Assembly (NCBI GenBank): GCA_963837175.1
Contig: CAWIMJ010000057.1
Span: 1 to 64,000, forward strand
DNA length: 64,000 nucleotides
Source: an uncultured Nitrososphaeraceae archaeon
GTDB lineage: Archaea; Thermoproteota; Nitrososphaeria; Nitrososphaerales; Nitrososphaeraceae
Reading direction: 5' to 3'
Shown here one piece after another: positions 19,967-30,852 of this stretch; position 1 is the stretch's first letter, and the number at the start of each line of letters is the position of its first letter. Position numbers and translations under genes: made by a program. The notes beneath the pieces were generated by a model that was given only the letters and a program-made list of their open reading frames with translations, was not told where the DNA came from and did no database searches.

Positions 19967-20875
19967 TCAATCATTTTGTTTTTTTATATCTTTGTATCTG
20001 TTTCTTATAGTCACTTCTGTCACACCTGCTGCATCAGCTATGTCCATTTGAGTTATGGTTTCACCAGTATTTAATGAAGACATATAAATAACTGAGCCTG
20101 CAAGTCCCATAGGATCTTTTCCAGCAGACGCGCCACTTTTGATAATATCATGCATAATATTCATTGCTTGACGTTTTGTCTTCTCGCTTAATTTCGCCTT
20201 GTTTGCAACTTTAACAACGCATTTCAGTGGGTCAATCATTGGAACTTTAATGTCAAGTTCCAACACTAGCAGTCTAAAGGTTCTTGCAAGTTCTTTATGC
20301 TTTAGATTGTTAAGGTTAGCAATGTCATCCAGGGTCCTTGACATTCCCATTTCTCTACATGCTATGTATGCTGCTGCAGCCAAGACTGAAGATATGGTCC
20401 TTCCCCGTACTAATCCTCTTTCCTGAACTTTTCTATAGATATAAGCGGTCTTTTCTATTACTGAATCTGGTAATCCAAGCTTATCCTTTAATCTGTCAAG
20501 TTCGCTGAAAGCTTGTCTGAGATTTCTATCAGTAGAGGTATGAGCTTGTGTTCTAAAGTCCCATGTCCTTAATCTCTCCATGGTAGTACGCATTGCTGCA
20601 TTTAAAACCTGTCCGCTAGCATCCTTATTTGCTCTTCCAATTATTGTAGCAAGTCCTTTATCATGTCGAGCTAGTGAGGTAGGCATTCCTGTTCTGTTTC
20701 TTGTATTGTTTACTTCATCAGTAGTAAAGCTACGCCACTCAGGACGGCTCTCCTGCAGATTATCTAACATTACCCTACCACAATTCCTGCAAATGATCTC
20801 GCCGGATTCAGTATCTGTAATTATTTGGCCAGTATTATTATTATTGCAATTCGAACATGTAATTGACGTTTGCAT
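19967..20875 (-). CDS. tfb: Transcription initiation factor IIB (TFB paralogue)
   Basis: Zn ribbon CxxC…CxxCG, PEWRSF, HDKGL, RGR, GKDP.GLA and GVTEVTIRNRYK. Confidence 0.96.
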   Translation of the reverse strand: MQTSITCSNCNNNNTGQIITDTESGEIICRNCGRVMLDNLQESRPEWRSFTTDEVNNTRNRTGMPTSLARHDKGLATIIGRANKDASGQVLNAAMRTTMERLRTWDFRTQAHTSTDRNLRQAFSELDRLKDKLGLPDSVIEKTAYIYRKVQERGLVRGRTISSVLAAAAYIACREMGMSRTLDDIANLNNLKHKELARTFRLLVLELDIKVPMIDPLKCVVKVANKAKLSEKTKRQAMNIMHDIIKSGASAGKDPMGLAGSVIYMSSLNTGETITQMDIADAAGVTEVTIRNRYKDIKKQND

Positions 20876-21215
20876 GATATATATATATGCGTATTAATAT
20901 TTAAAGAATAATAAACTGAATTGTTTAAAAATTATACATTTTATTTATAAATATTTTAATGAAAAGGATACCGTATTAAATACTATATGCATTGATATCT
21001 CTAAAATTAATGTTTCTCTATGTTATTTGTCCAATATAACTTTCTTAATTTCATTGAGCTGATTCTTCATACTTTAGTTGCCAATTTGTTATTTAAACAA
21101 GCCAAAGCGTAATCATTAGAATAGATATCACAGCAGAGGCCAATAATTATTTTTTCGTAAGGTTCAAATTAATCATACAGAGCACAAAGGTTGCGAATTG
21201 GTGAAGTAATTAAAG

Positions 21216-22925
21216 ATGTCATTGCAAAGCTATTTTCCACTTCCTAACATGAGAGATAAACAACAAAAGATACTGGAAGAAATTGAGCAGGCCATTAAAT
21301 CAGGATTCAAGTGTATCTTTCTGGAAGCTCCAGCAGGGTTTGGAAAAAGCCCAGTTGCAATTGCAATGGCTAGATATCTTGGAAGCTCCCACATTTGTAC
21401 AGCTACCAAGGATTTGCAAGCTCAGTATTCTAGAGATTTTCCTTTCATAAAAGAAGTGAAAGGTAAAAACAATTTTCTATGTATTATAAAGGATAATATA
21501 GGTTTAAAGGAAACATGTAATTACGGTCCGTGTTTAAAGGATGATGGATATGATTGTGTCTACAAAACGAAATTAGCTGATTATAAAGTACAAGGCGAAG
21601 GAACGAAATATGAAACTGTAAAATTAGAATACTTTGCTGAAAAAAAATATAATGAGAAGACAAAATCTCAATCAAGAATTATACAATTTGATTGGAAGCC
21701 ATGTCACTATTATCATCAAAAATGGATCGCACTTAAATCTACACATACTATTTACAACTACAAATATTTTCTTTCAGATCTTTTCTATTCAGGAAGTATG
21801 CAGAGGAGACAATTGCTTATCCTTGATGAGGCACATGCAGTAGAATCTGAAGTCTCTGATTTTAAAAGTTTTACAATATTCAATGAGATCATTACAGGCT
21901 TTCTTCCAAAATTAAATATTCCAGATAAAAGCGAATATGACATTGAAACTTGGATCGCTTTTGGTACTGAATTAAAGGAAAAGCTTCTTAATTTCATAGA
22001 TAAAGCAAATACAATACTCGAAAAAAATATAGAAGAATTTCCTTTCACTGAGAAAAATCTCATTGATGCTATAACAAAAGAGAAAGATTTAACGACAGTT
22101 ATTGAAGATATGAGAAATAATAAGGAAAACTGGATTGTGACAAACGTAGAGAGGGCTGCCAACAACCAGCTACGAAAAGTGTTAGTTACTCCTATTGATG
22201 TTTCACCTTATTTTAAGGACATTCTAGATACAGGAGCAATATCTCTCTTTATGAGTGCGACCATTTTGAGTAAGGATTATTTATGCAAAATTGGAGGCCT
22301 TAAATCCGATCAAGTAAAATTTATTCGTGTTCAAGAGTCAAATTTCCCTGTAAAAAATAGACCGATTTATCTAATGAATATTGCTTGGCTTAATGCAAAA
22401 ACAATGAGCCAAAGCTTACCCGCCATAGCTAATGCTGTTAACAATATTATGAGTATACATAAAAATGAAAAAGGGATCATTCATACTACATCATATTCTC
22501 AGCTTCGATTCATAAAAGAGAATATCAGCAAAGAAAATGCAACTAGACTTATAGAAACAGGATCCAAATTTGATCGAAATGAGACACTTCAAAGGCATTA
22601 TAAAAGTTCAAAACCTACAGTACTGATATCTCCGTCATTATATCTTGGAGTAGATCTGAAGGATGATCTTTCTCGATTCCAGATTATTGTAAAAGTACCA
22701 TATGCAGATCTTACTGATAGAAAAGTTTCCGTTATGAAACAAAGAGATCCAAACTGGTATACCTGGAATACAGTCTTAAGGCTAGTTCAAGCATATGGGA
22801 GAAGCATTAGAAGCAAGGATGATTTCGCACATACCTATATTCTCGACAGCAGTATATCCTACTTACTAAAGCAAGCTAAGGAGATGTCCCCAAAATGGTT
22901 TTCAGATGCTATAATACAAAGGTAA
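21216..22925 (+). CDS. DinG/XPD(Rad3)-family ATP-dependent DNA helicase
   Basis: EAPAGFGKS, Cys cluster, DEAH, SAT, GVD, KVPY and QAYGRSIRSKDD. Confidence 0.9.
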   Translation: MSLQSYFPLPNMRDKQQKILEEIEQAIKSGFKCIFLEAPAGFGKSPVAIAMARYLGSSHICTATKDLQAQYSRDFPFIKEVKGKNNFLCIIKDNIGLKETCNYGPCLKDDGYDCVYKTKLADYKVQGEGTKYETVKLEYFAEKKYNEKTKSQSRIIQFDWKPCHYYHQKWIALKSTHTIYNYKYFLSDLFYSGSMQRRQLLILDEAHAVESEVSDFKSFTIFNEIITGFLPKLNIPDKSEYDIETWIAFGTELKEKLLNFIDKANTILEKNIEEFPFTEKNLIDAITKEKDLTTVIEDMRNNKENWIVTNVERAANNQLRKVLVTPIDVSPYFKDILDTGAISLFMSATILSKDYLCKIGGLKSDQVKFIRVQESNFPVKNRPIYLMNIAWLNAKTMSQSLPAIANAVNNIMSIHKNEKGIIHTTSYSQLRFIKENISKENATRLIETGSKFDRNETLQRHYKSSKPTVLISPSLYLGVDLKDDLSRFQIIVKVPYADLTDRKVSVMKQRDPNWYTWNTVLRLVQAYGRSIRSKDDFAHTYILDSSISYLLKQAKEMSPKWFSDAIIQR

Positions 22926-22974
22926 CAATAGAAGATTTTTATTTAGACCCAAAAAAATAAAGACTGCTGCTACA

Positions 22975-23994
22975 TTGTTCAATAAGAAGAAAAGTGTTTC
23001 TTCTGATAGAAAGACAAAATCAACAATATTTGGAATCAATTCTGGTATAGTTATTACTCTACTTCTTATCGCGCCAATTATTTTTACTATGATTATTTCT
23101 CTTCATTCATTTAATCTATCCTGGAATGCAGGACGTGGAGACTTTTTGTTTGTTATGGTTTTTATTGCGGCAGAGTTAATTGGATTAAAACAAAAGATCG
23201 ATAAAAAGAAATTATACGCAATAATAGGCTTGTTGAGTCTCACAATAGGATATTTTGTAGCTATTGAATATAAAATACCCTTAGGACTCAAAGAGTCAAT
23301 TAGAAATTCTGCGCCTATCTATAATGTTCAGCTGATAGATAGTTGGATCATTATGTGGGACTTTATCATAATGACAGTTTATGTAGGGCTTTGCCTAGTT
23401 ATAGTATATGGAAAGAAATGGTACAAAATTGCTCCTGCGGGATTGATATTTCTAGCAGGCACAGCAGCAATTTTGTCGCTAGATGCATTCTTTCCACAAG
23501 ATACCCTTGGTGTCCTTCAGTATATTGTACCTGTGTATTTACAAATAGATGAGGGAGTAATCAGATTTATCGATAGCTCCATCATGGATTTTGGGCCAGA
23601 TAGTCATTTAGTGACAGCACGGGACAATACTCTTACTTTGAATGGTTTAAATGGATCGATCCGTTTGACAGTATTTTGGCCATCAGCCGGAGTTCACAGC
23701 ATGATTATATATAGTCTACTCATGCTCATATTCCTTTTGAAAATGAAAATACCCTTTAAGAGAAAGCTGGCCTATTTCTTAATTGGTACTATAGGAACGG
23801 CAATGGTAAATATAGTACGAATAATTTCATTATCATTATTTGCATTAATAGTATCTGCAGATTATATCGTCTGGCAACCATTTCATTCCATTGCCGGAGT
23901 AATTATATTTCTACCTTGGTTGTTCATCTATCTGTATAGTGTTATCTGTCTTGAAAACAGACTAACGCAAAAACTACAAGTGTTACGGATTTAA
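22975..23994 (+). CDS. Archaeosortase/exosortase family protein (thaumarchaeosortase type)
   Basis: Multi-TM protein with FWPSAGVHS, N.VRI and FHSIAG triad positions. Confidence 0.85.
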   Translation: MFNKKKSVSSDRKTKSTIFGINSGIVITLLLIAPIIFTMIISLHSFNLSWNAGRGDFLFVMVFIAAELIGLKQKIDKKKLYAIIGLLSLTIGYFVAIEYKIPLGLKESIRNSAPIYNVQLIDSWIIMWDFIIMTVYVGLCLVIVYGKKWYKIAPAGLIFLAGTAAILSLDAFFPQDTLGVLQYIVPVYLQIDEGVIRFIDSSIMDFGPDSHLVTARDNTLTLNGLNGSIRLTVFWPSAGVHSMIIYSLLMLIFLLKMKIPFKRKLAYFLIGTIGTAMVNIVRIISLSLFALIVSADYIVWQPFHSIAGVIIFLPWLFIYLYSVICLENRLTQKLQVLRI

Positions 23995-24098
23995 GGACCC
24001 ACCTTAAGAAGGTGTTTAGAAGAATAAATATGGAATAAATTTAGCGTTTCATTTTAAAAATATAGAAGATATTTATGAAGAAGGACAAGATTGATTAT

Positions 24099-25289
24099 CT
24101 ATTTATTGATATTATCATTAAAAAAATTAAGCATTGTGTCCTGTCCTTTATTATCCTTCAGTTCAGATAGCTTAATGCCTAATCTTCTAACCTTAAGATT
24201 AGGATTATAGTTTAATGTCTCATTTAATATCAATTTAACAGTTGAATACAATTCATCAAAATCAGCAGAATGAGTCTTCAAACTTTTTGAACGGGTAATA
24301 TTATTGAGATCATTTAAGATCAATATAATACCAATATTTTTAAAATATACATTTCGATCTAAAGCCATTTTGTGTACTGATCTGCATATATACTGAAGTT
24401 CCGTCTCAATGTCAGAGGCTTGAGAAACATCACTCTTCAATGTAATTATTCTTCCGATCTGTTTTGCTGAACCACGCGACTTGATGGGCTCGTCATCAAT
24501 ACCTTGAGCTGCTTTGTAAAGATATGTTGCAGAGCTTTTCCCAAAGGTATCGATTAATCTGAATAAACCAAAGCCTGACAATTGATCTCCGGTCCTTATT
24601 CCCATTTCCAATAATTTAGCACTCGTTTTAGGACCAATACCTGGAATTTTATCTACATCACATTTAGAAATGAAATTTCTTGCCTCCGCTACTTGGACCA
24701 TAGTCATTCCATCTGGCTTGTGAAAGTCGGATGCGATCTTTGCTATCAATTTATTGGGAGCAATACCTAATGAGCATGTCAATCCAATCTCTTTTCTTAT
24801 ATGCTTTTTAAGGGTCCTTGCTAATTCCTTCGCTTTCATAAAATCTGATCCAACTTTATCTGTTACTTCGATAAAACATTCATCTAATCCTATATATTCA
24901 AAATTAACATATTTTGTTGACTGATAAATGCCTGAGCCACTAGTAAATAAAGAGTGGTTTTCTACAAAGTTGCGTATTAAGATCATTGTATTATCAGATA
25001 TATCAAAATAATACTTCATATCTGAAGGTAGAAATATTGGACGAGAGACACGAGCAAGTTTTGATTGTGCCATCTTGATTGAAATGCCCGATTTGACTCC
25101 ATATTCTCTTGCTAGATAGTTACATGTACTAACTACCCCACTATCTTTCGTCCTACCGGAATAGACGCAGACAACTACAGGTTTATCTTTTATTTCTGGC
25201 CTTCTAATTTCTTCACACTGGGCAAAGAAATAATCCAAGTCAATATGAAATATTATTCTTGGATTTGACGTATTGTCACTGTGGTTCAT
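24099..25289 (-). CDS. dinB: Y-family DNA polymerase IV
   Basis: HIDLDYFFAQCE, NYLAR..GVKSG, GLDE, NKLIAKIASD.HKPDG and IPGIG. Confidence 0.93.
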   Translation of the reverse strand: MNHSDNTSNPRIIFHIDLDYFFAQCEEIRRPEIKDKPVVVCVYSGRTKDSGVVSTCNYLAREYGVKSGISIKMAQSKLARVSRPIFLPSDMKYYFDISDNTMILIRNFVENHSLFTSGSGIYQSTKYVNFEYIGLDECFIEVTDKVGSDFMKAKELARTLKKHIRKEIGLTCSLGIAPNKLIAKIASDFHKPDGMTMVQVAEARNFISKCDVDKIPGIGPKTSAKLLEMGIRTGDQLSGFGLFRLIDTFGKSSATYLYKAAQGIDDEPIKSRGSAKQIGRIITLKSDVSQASDIETELQYICRSVHKMALDRNVYFKNIGIILILNDLNNITRSKSLKTHSADFDELYSTVKLILNETLNYNPNLKVRRLGIKLSELKDNKGQDTMLNFFNDNINK

Positions 25290-25576
25290 CTCTTTTACCT
25301 CTAGTGCACATGTTCACGAATATAACTGAGCTGTACGGAGTCCTGTATACATTCGACAAATAAAGCATACTGCTATTTTTTGTGAGTGTTTATGAAATGA
25401 AATATCATATATCGTCTTGAAGGTTTCATATGATAGGTTATCATAAGTTTTATGAGAAATAAATACGATAAATCCTATTTTTCATAAATCATATTACTGC
25501 TAAACCCATCTAGAAGAAATATTATTATACATAAATAAATAAAATTAATCAGTATCCTTAATGTTTTAGAATTTAT

Positions 25577-25870
25577 TCATCTTTTTATTTTCGAACTTAC
25601 CTCTTTAAATGCCTCAATGTTGGCCTCCATATAGCTGGAAATAAAAAAAAGTACTCCGTACTTTTCTCCCATTCTACTAATAATGTTATTCTTTTCCAGT
25701 ACCTTGACATGATGTTGTATTGCTTTGTAATCTAAATTTAATTTCTCTGAAAGTTGATTTATATTATAGGGACGTTCTTTTAAGAATTCAATAATTTTGA
25801 TTCTGTTATCGCCACCCTTCGAACCGGCAAACAAATACCACAACAGCCGCTTTGCATTGGGGTCAACCAT
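25577..25870 (-). CDS. ArsR-family wHTH regulator
   Basis: LLWYLFAGSKGG.NR.KII…RPYNINQLSE.L.LDYKAIQHH. Confidence 0.9.
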   Translation of the reverse strand: MVDPNAKRLLWYLFAGSKGGDNRIKIIEFLKERPYNINQLSEKLNLDYKAIQHHVKVLEKNNIISRMGEKYGVLFFISSYMEANIEAFKEVSSKIKR

Positions 25871-26397
25871 GAATCATGCTGGCTTAATTTGGTAGTAATT
25901 TAAACTTGAATGAAATCTAAGCGACAATTGAAGGTCACAGTCTTCGTAGTGAATATTTTATCACCGCGACATTATAAAGTAAAATGCATTATCTTAAAGA
26001 CATTTTTAATTCTCAAATAACAGAATTTCATTAATACCTGATGATATTTATATATGTGTAGTATTAATGTTTTCAATTAGTTCGGGTTTGGTTGATTAAA
26101 TACTATTTAATACACAATGTAAAATTCTATCTTGACACGAATGAAACTAAGATCGACTAAAAAATGTTTAAAATAGATAAACATATGTAAGTTCAACGTT
26201 ATAAATATAAACACAATAAACCGAATTAAAAAATTTATTAAAATCATAATATAATCTTGAGGAAAAATATCTAGATTATACTCCTAAAAAGATAATCCTA
26301 GTCATGGTTTGACATATGACTTTATTCATACATGGCTAATTTTCAGTTTATATTCGATAGATTTTTCTCTCTGTATTACCAATAAGTATACAGTGAC

Positions 26398-26631
26398 TTG
26401 GAATATCCTCTAGTAGTTGGACCGGATGGCATTAAGTTAAAGCCTGACAAAATGCATATTGATCAATTATACCATTGTATCTTCGACGAAAAGGTTTTTC
26501 TATTCTATAAAGATGAACAGGAATTACTTCATTGTTATGAGGTTGAGGATCCCGCTGCTGTTAAGGAAATATCCTCTAATCCGTCAGATATCGAAAATAT
26601 ATTGATAAGATATGCGCAAAGAATTAAATAA
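26398..26631 (+). CDS. Conserved hypothetical protein
   Basis: Protein-like ORF directly upstream of alba. Confidence 0.7.
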   Translation: MEYPLVVGPDGIKLKPDKMHIDQLYHCIFDEKVFLFYKDEQELLHCYEVEDPAAVKEISSNPSDIENILIRYAQRIK

Positions 26632-26690
26632 TCGAGTAGAGAACAATCAATAAAAATTATATTCCACTATTAAAATCATCATTTCACACA

Positions 26691-26996
26691 ATGTCGACAA
26701 ACAACGCAAATACTGAAATCAAAGCAAATAATGAAATTTTTATTGGAAAAAAACCATTAATGACATATGTTACAGCAACTCTTGTACAGCTTGCTAATGA
26801 GCCAATTGTGATTATTAAGGCTAGAGGAAAAAGCATCACCAGAGCAGTTGATGTTGCACAGATAATAGTAAAAAGAATGGATACTTTAGGTTATAAGATT
26901 GGCCCAGTAAAAATAGGATCTCAATCGGTACAATCTCAAGATGGCAGAAATCGAAATGTTTCTACTATAGAAGTATATATTTCTAGAGCTAAGTAA
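26691..26996 (+). CDS. albA: DNA/RNA-binding protein Alba
   Basis: IFIGKKPLMTYV, IKARGKSITRAVDVA and NVSTIEV. Confidence 0.95.
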   Translation: MSTNNANTEIKANNEIFIGKKPLMTYVTATLVQLANEPIVIIKARGKSITRAVDVAQIIVKRMDTLGYKIGPVKIGSQSVQSQDGRNRNVSTIEVYISRAK

Positions 26997-27084
26997 TTCA
27001 ATATTTTTACAATAATCAGGCTTTCATAACCAATGCAGTATAAATACATTCGTTAATTAATGAGAACATCGCTTAGTGCCAAAA

Positions 27085-27420
27085 ATAAAATAGAAAAGTA
27101 ATTATTATCAAGTCAGACTGGAACCCACAGAAATATAAAAAAGAGATTTGCAATAGTAAGAATCCTGCCAATAAGAATGGATCATTTCTCACAATTGAGG
27201 TAAAAAATGTTTTTTTAGGCTATTTTTTCTTTTAGGAGGCAACAACTTAGATTGCAGAAAAAACTAATATTACATTTCCTCTACAAAAACTAATTATTAT
27301 TTCTAGATGAAGACACAGATACTCATGGTAATTAATGAAAATGTACTCAAAAATGAAGCTAAAATAATGATCAATGGCAATTCAATAATTGTATGGCCGT
27401 ATGTCATTCTGGTTTCTGAA
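27085..27420 (+). pseudogene. Possible heavily decayed GT2 glycosyltransferase
   Basis: Broken frames give KVIII..WN, LGYF..GGNNL and LLFLDEDT, matching the GT2 NLGF.GGNN…YLLFL.DT layout. Confidence 0.35.
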
Positions 27421-27589
27421 AAGATATCCTGTTGGCGCATCTAGATAAAATTTGCAAAAAAGGTTTATGTGAGATTAATATAGATGCAGAGATAATAGAA
27501 ATTGTGCTTGTAATCGTAAAAGATCCATATTCTCTATTTAATTTGATGAAACAAAAATTCTAATATATCTACTTCAATTTTAATTTATA

Positions 27590-27952
27590 ATGTCACAAAG
27601 TGAATGGTTTACCTCCTATTTGAAGTACAAGAGCTTGGAAGATATGCTAAAAGTTATACTCTATTCGTCTCAATCAATTTTTGGATACACACCTATGGTT
27701 TATCATATCGATTACAATAAACAAGAAATAATTTTCATCCAGACTGGAATGGTAGGAGGAGTAATAATTCATTATATCGTGCTAAACGAAAAGCCAGATA
27801 AGAAAATTATAGAGTTGAAGCGATTGACTGGTAAATTTAGCTTTATTGATAACTTGGGTACTGACGCGCAATCCATATACATACCTATATTAGAATTAGA
27901 AAACTCCAGTCTTAGATTTCCTTTATTTGGTTCTTCTTCGTCAAATAGTTAA
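27590..27952 (+). CDS. Conserved archaeal hypothetical protein
   Basis: 120-aa ATG ORF with protein-like composition. Confidence 0.7.
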   Translation: MSQSEWFTSYLKYKSLEDMLKVILYSSQSIFGYTPMVYHIDYNKQEIIFIQTGMVGGVIIHYIVLNEKPDKKIIELKRLTGKFSFIDNLGTDAQSIYIPILELENSSLRFPLFGSSSSNS

Positions 27953-28174
27953 TAAAAGAAATAGAATTCTATCATTTGGAAAGCGCTAATGACTGTAATT
28001 TGGATTTTAAACCTTTAGGGTTGAAACTACCAAATAGCTTTCCTTATTCCTGGGAAGCAAGCAACATTATTTCTCTTTCTCGCTCTATATTATATCTCAA
28101 CTCTTGATATGATTATTAATTCATCCAATCGCTATATGACTATAATGCTTAGGATTCTACATAATTTGTCCTTG

Positions 28175-29956
28175 TTAACGTGAAGGTACATTTCTTAATG
28201 CTTTATATATCTGATTTCTATACAATGTTAAACCAATCCTTCCAGCATATGGCTGTCCCTTTGCAAATGATTCGACCATATTTTGAATATATTCAGGACC
28301 TACTTGTGGTGGCATAGGCGGTTCAAAAGGATCTACATAGGCTTCAATTATTGTTGGCTTCTTTTCAGACATTGCTAAACGCATAACTGATTTTACTTCG
28401 CCAGGTTCCTTGATAGTATAACCTTTAGCCCCACAGGCTTCAGCAAACTTTGTAAAATCAATTGGTGTAAATTCAACTCCAAATTCAGGGTTACCAAGAA
28501 ATGCCATTTGTTCCCATCGAATCATTCCCAATGTATTATTTTTAATGATTATTACTTTGATTGGAAGATTATATTGTACTGCTGTAGCAAATTCTCCCAT
28601 AAGCATCGTAAAGCCTCCATCACCAACAAATGCTATACATTGTCTTTCTGGATATGCAATTTGGGCCGCTATCGCATAGGGTAGCCCACAAGCCATCGAT
28701 GCGAGAGTCCCAGAAACAGAAAACTTCATTCCTTTCCTAATCTTGATATGGCGAGCAGCCCATACGGTGTTAGTACCACTATCTACTGAGACTATAGCAT
28801 GATCATTTAGTTCCTCGGAGACAGCGTCAGCAATAACTTGAGGTTTGATCGGTTTGTCAGTTCGACTGCTTTGTCCTTGAAGTAGAACAAGCCATGTTTT
28901 CATTGCTTGTTGCTTTGATAGTAGAAAATCTTGATTATCTCTCTTATGCAATAAAGGAAGCAACGCAGAAAGTATGGATTTTGAATCTCCAACAAGACCT
29001 ACCTCAATAGGATAACGTAATCCTATTCTTTCAGGTTTTATATCAATTTGTATACCTCTTGCTTGTCCTGGTTTAGGAAGATAATCGATATAAGGAAATG
29101 ATGTTCCAATCATTAGTAAAGTATCAGCTTCGCCCATTGCATCGCTAGCAGGTTCGGTCCCTAATAGTCCCAGACCTCCAATGCTATTAGGATGATCGTC
29201 TGGAATAACTGCTTTTCCTAGCAATGCTTTGACAACCGGAGCACCCAATTTCTCTGCAATTGCACTTACCTCTTCACCAGCATTTAATGCTCCTTGACCT
29301 ACGAGGATCACAATTTTCTTACCTCCATTTATGATCGTCGCGGCTTGTTCCAGCCAGCGTCGATCTGGCAAAAAGGCAGGAGAAACAAAATAATCAGATG
29401 TATGACCCGGAACTTTATGCTTTGAATAGTTATTTTCTAATTTTCTTTCCTGCACATCTATTGGAATTGTTAAGTGGCTAACTCCTCTCATTGATAATGC
29501 AGATCTACAGGCAATATCGACAGTCATTTCAGCTTGCTCTGGGGCATTAATCATATTACTATATACGGCTACATCTGAGAATAATTGTGGAAGATTAACA
29601 TCTTGCTGATAACCTGAACCTATCATATCAGAATAAGTACTACCTGTTATGGCAATAACAGGAGCGTTATCGGATTTAGCATCGTATAATCCAGTTAAAA
29701 GATGTATTGCTCCTGGTCCTGATGTTGCAACGCAGGCACCTAGTTTTCCTGTATATTTGGCATAAGCACATGCCATAAATGCTGCAGACTCTTCATGTCT
29801 GACAAGTATAAACTTTATTTTGTCTTGTCGCCTTCTTAATGCTTCTATGAATCCATTAATCCCATCTCCTGGTAATCCGAAAATGACCTCTACTTTCCAA
29901 TCAATTAATGCTTCAGCAACAATATCTGCTGTTCGGGCATTCTCATACTCACTCAT
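28175..29956 (-). CDS. Thiamine-diphosphate enzyme, pyruvate oxidase/dehydrogenase (PoxB-like)
   Basis: FGLPGDGIN, VRHEESAAFMA, TSGPGAIHLL.GLYDAK.D and GDGG…NN. Confidence 0.88.
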   Translation of the reverse strand: MSEYENARTADIVAEALIDWKVEVIFGLPGDGINGFIEALRRRQDKIKFILVRHEESAAFMACAYAKYTGKLGACVATSGPGAIHLLTGLYDAKSDNAPVIAITGSTYSDMIGSGYQQDVNLPQLFSDVAVYSNMINAPEQAEMTVDIACRSALSMRGVSHLTIPIDVQERKLENNYSKHKVPGHTSDYFVSPAFLPDRRWLEQAATIINGGKKIVILVGQGALNAGEEVSAIAEKLGAPVVKALLGKAVIPDDHPNSIGGLGLLGTEPASDAMGEADTLLMIGTSFPYIDYLPKPGQARGIQIDIKPERIGLRYPIEVGLVGDSKSILSALLPLLHKRDNQDFLLSKQQAMKTWLVLLQGQSSRTDKPIKPQVIADAVSEELNDHAIVSVDSGTNTVWAARHIKIRKGMKFSVSGTLASMACGLPYAIAAQIAYPERQCIAFVGDGGFTMLMGEFATAVQYNLPIKVIIIKNNTLGMIRWEQMAFLGNPEFGVEFTPIDFTKFAEACGAKGYTIKEPGEVKSVMRLAMSEKKPTIIEAYVDPFEPPMPPQVGPEYIQNMVESFAKGQPYAGRIGLTLYRNQIYKALRNVPSR

Positions 29957-30143
29957 GGTGTACTACTTGTGACATCATATAAAATAGCTGGGATAATCAT
30001 ATATCGATCAGTGGCATTTTACTTTGCAAAGTATCGAATACAAGTATAAGATAAATTATTTAGACCTGTTCTTAATATATAGCTGTTATTGTTATTTCAT
30101 ATACCTGTCGTCAGAATATATCCTAGTAATATAATTTTAAGCC

Positions 30144-30419
30144 ATGACTCATTGCATTAAGGTTAAGACAAGAGATTTACTAGGTGAACTATTGTCTTTG
30201 GATATAGATGAAGGATTAAGAATAGAAAGTTCGAGCAAGGACACTCGACTCTTTGTCAATAAGAGTGCTTCTGCTATCTTTGTCCTCCAGTTATGCGATA
30301 ACAACTCTGACAAAGAGAATAACGATAATAATAATTTTGTTTATTTTGATTCAGCTGAGGAAGTGATTAAATTTATAAAAACCAAATTTGGAAGAAATTT
30401 CTCAATCTGGTCGTATTAA
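30144..30419 (+). CDS. Hypothetical protein
   Basis: 91-aa ATG ORF with protein-like composition. Confidence 0.65.
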   Translation: MTHCIKVKTRDLLGELLSLDIDEGLRIESSSKDTRLFVNKSASAIFVLQLCDNNSDKENNDNNNFVYFDSAEEVIKFIKTKFGRNFSIWSY

Positions 30420-30852
30420 AATGGCTATTAATCATTTGATTCGAGCAATAAATTTGTATAAAGGAAATGGTCATGCCTTTATTACCTTACCTGACAGTCA
30501 GTCTTATTTTTTTATTTATAACTATTGATGGTTGCAAATAAATTAAGAAGAAAAGAATTATCTGTCCGTTAATATTTGGGTTTAACTGGACATACTATCT
30601 TCCAATAAGCTAGATCTTCAAATGTTGTTAGATTATTTCATGGTATAGGCAGCATCTAAATTGGATTAAGATTTGAAATGCATCTTACTGGATTAATAAT
30701 GCAAAGGGATAAAAACTGTTGGAGGGACCTGCATTCTACAAAATTGATTCGTATTTGAAAGGTCAATAGTATAATAATAGATTAAGATTGTTTCTAGTTA
30801 GTTTCATTAATCAACCATATATTATTATAAAGCGAATTCTAAATTATCCTAC

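Noticed and set aside
24000-24014. CACCTT-AAG-AAGGTG hairpin between convergent genes
   Set aside because: A 6-bp stem is too weak to call a terminator, and archaeal terminators are usually oligo-T.
30620-30770. Possible Rieske-protein remnant (FHG…KLLEGPA)
   Set aside because: Too few matching residues and no Cys ligands recoverable.
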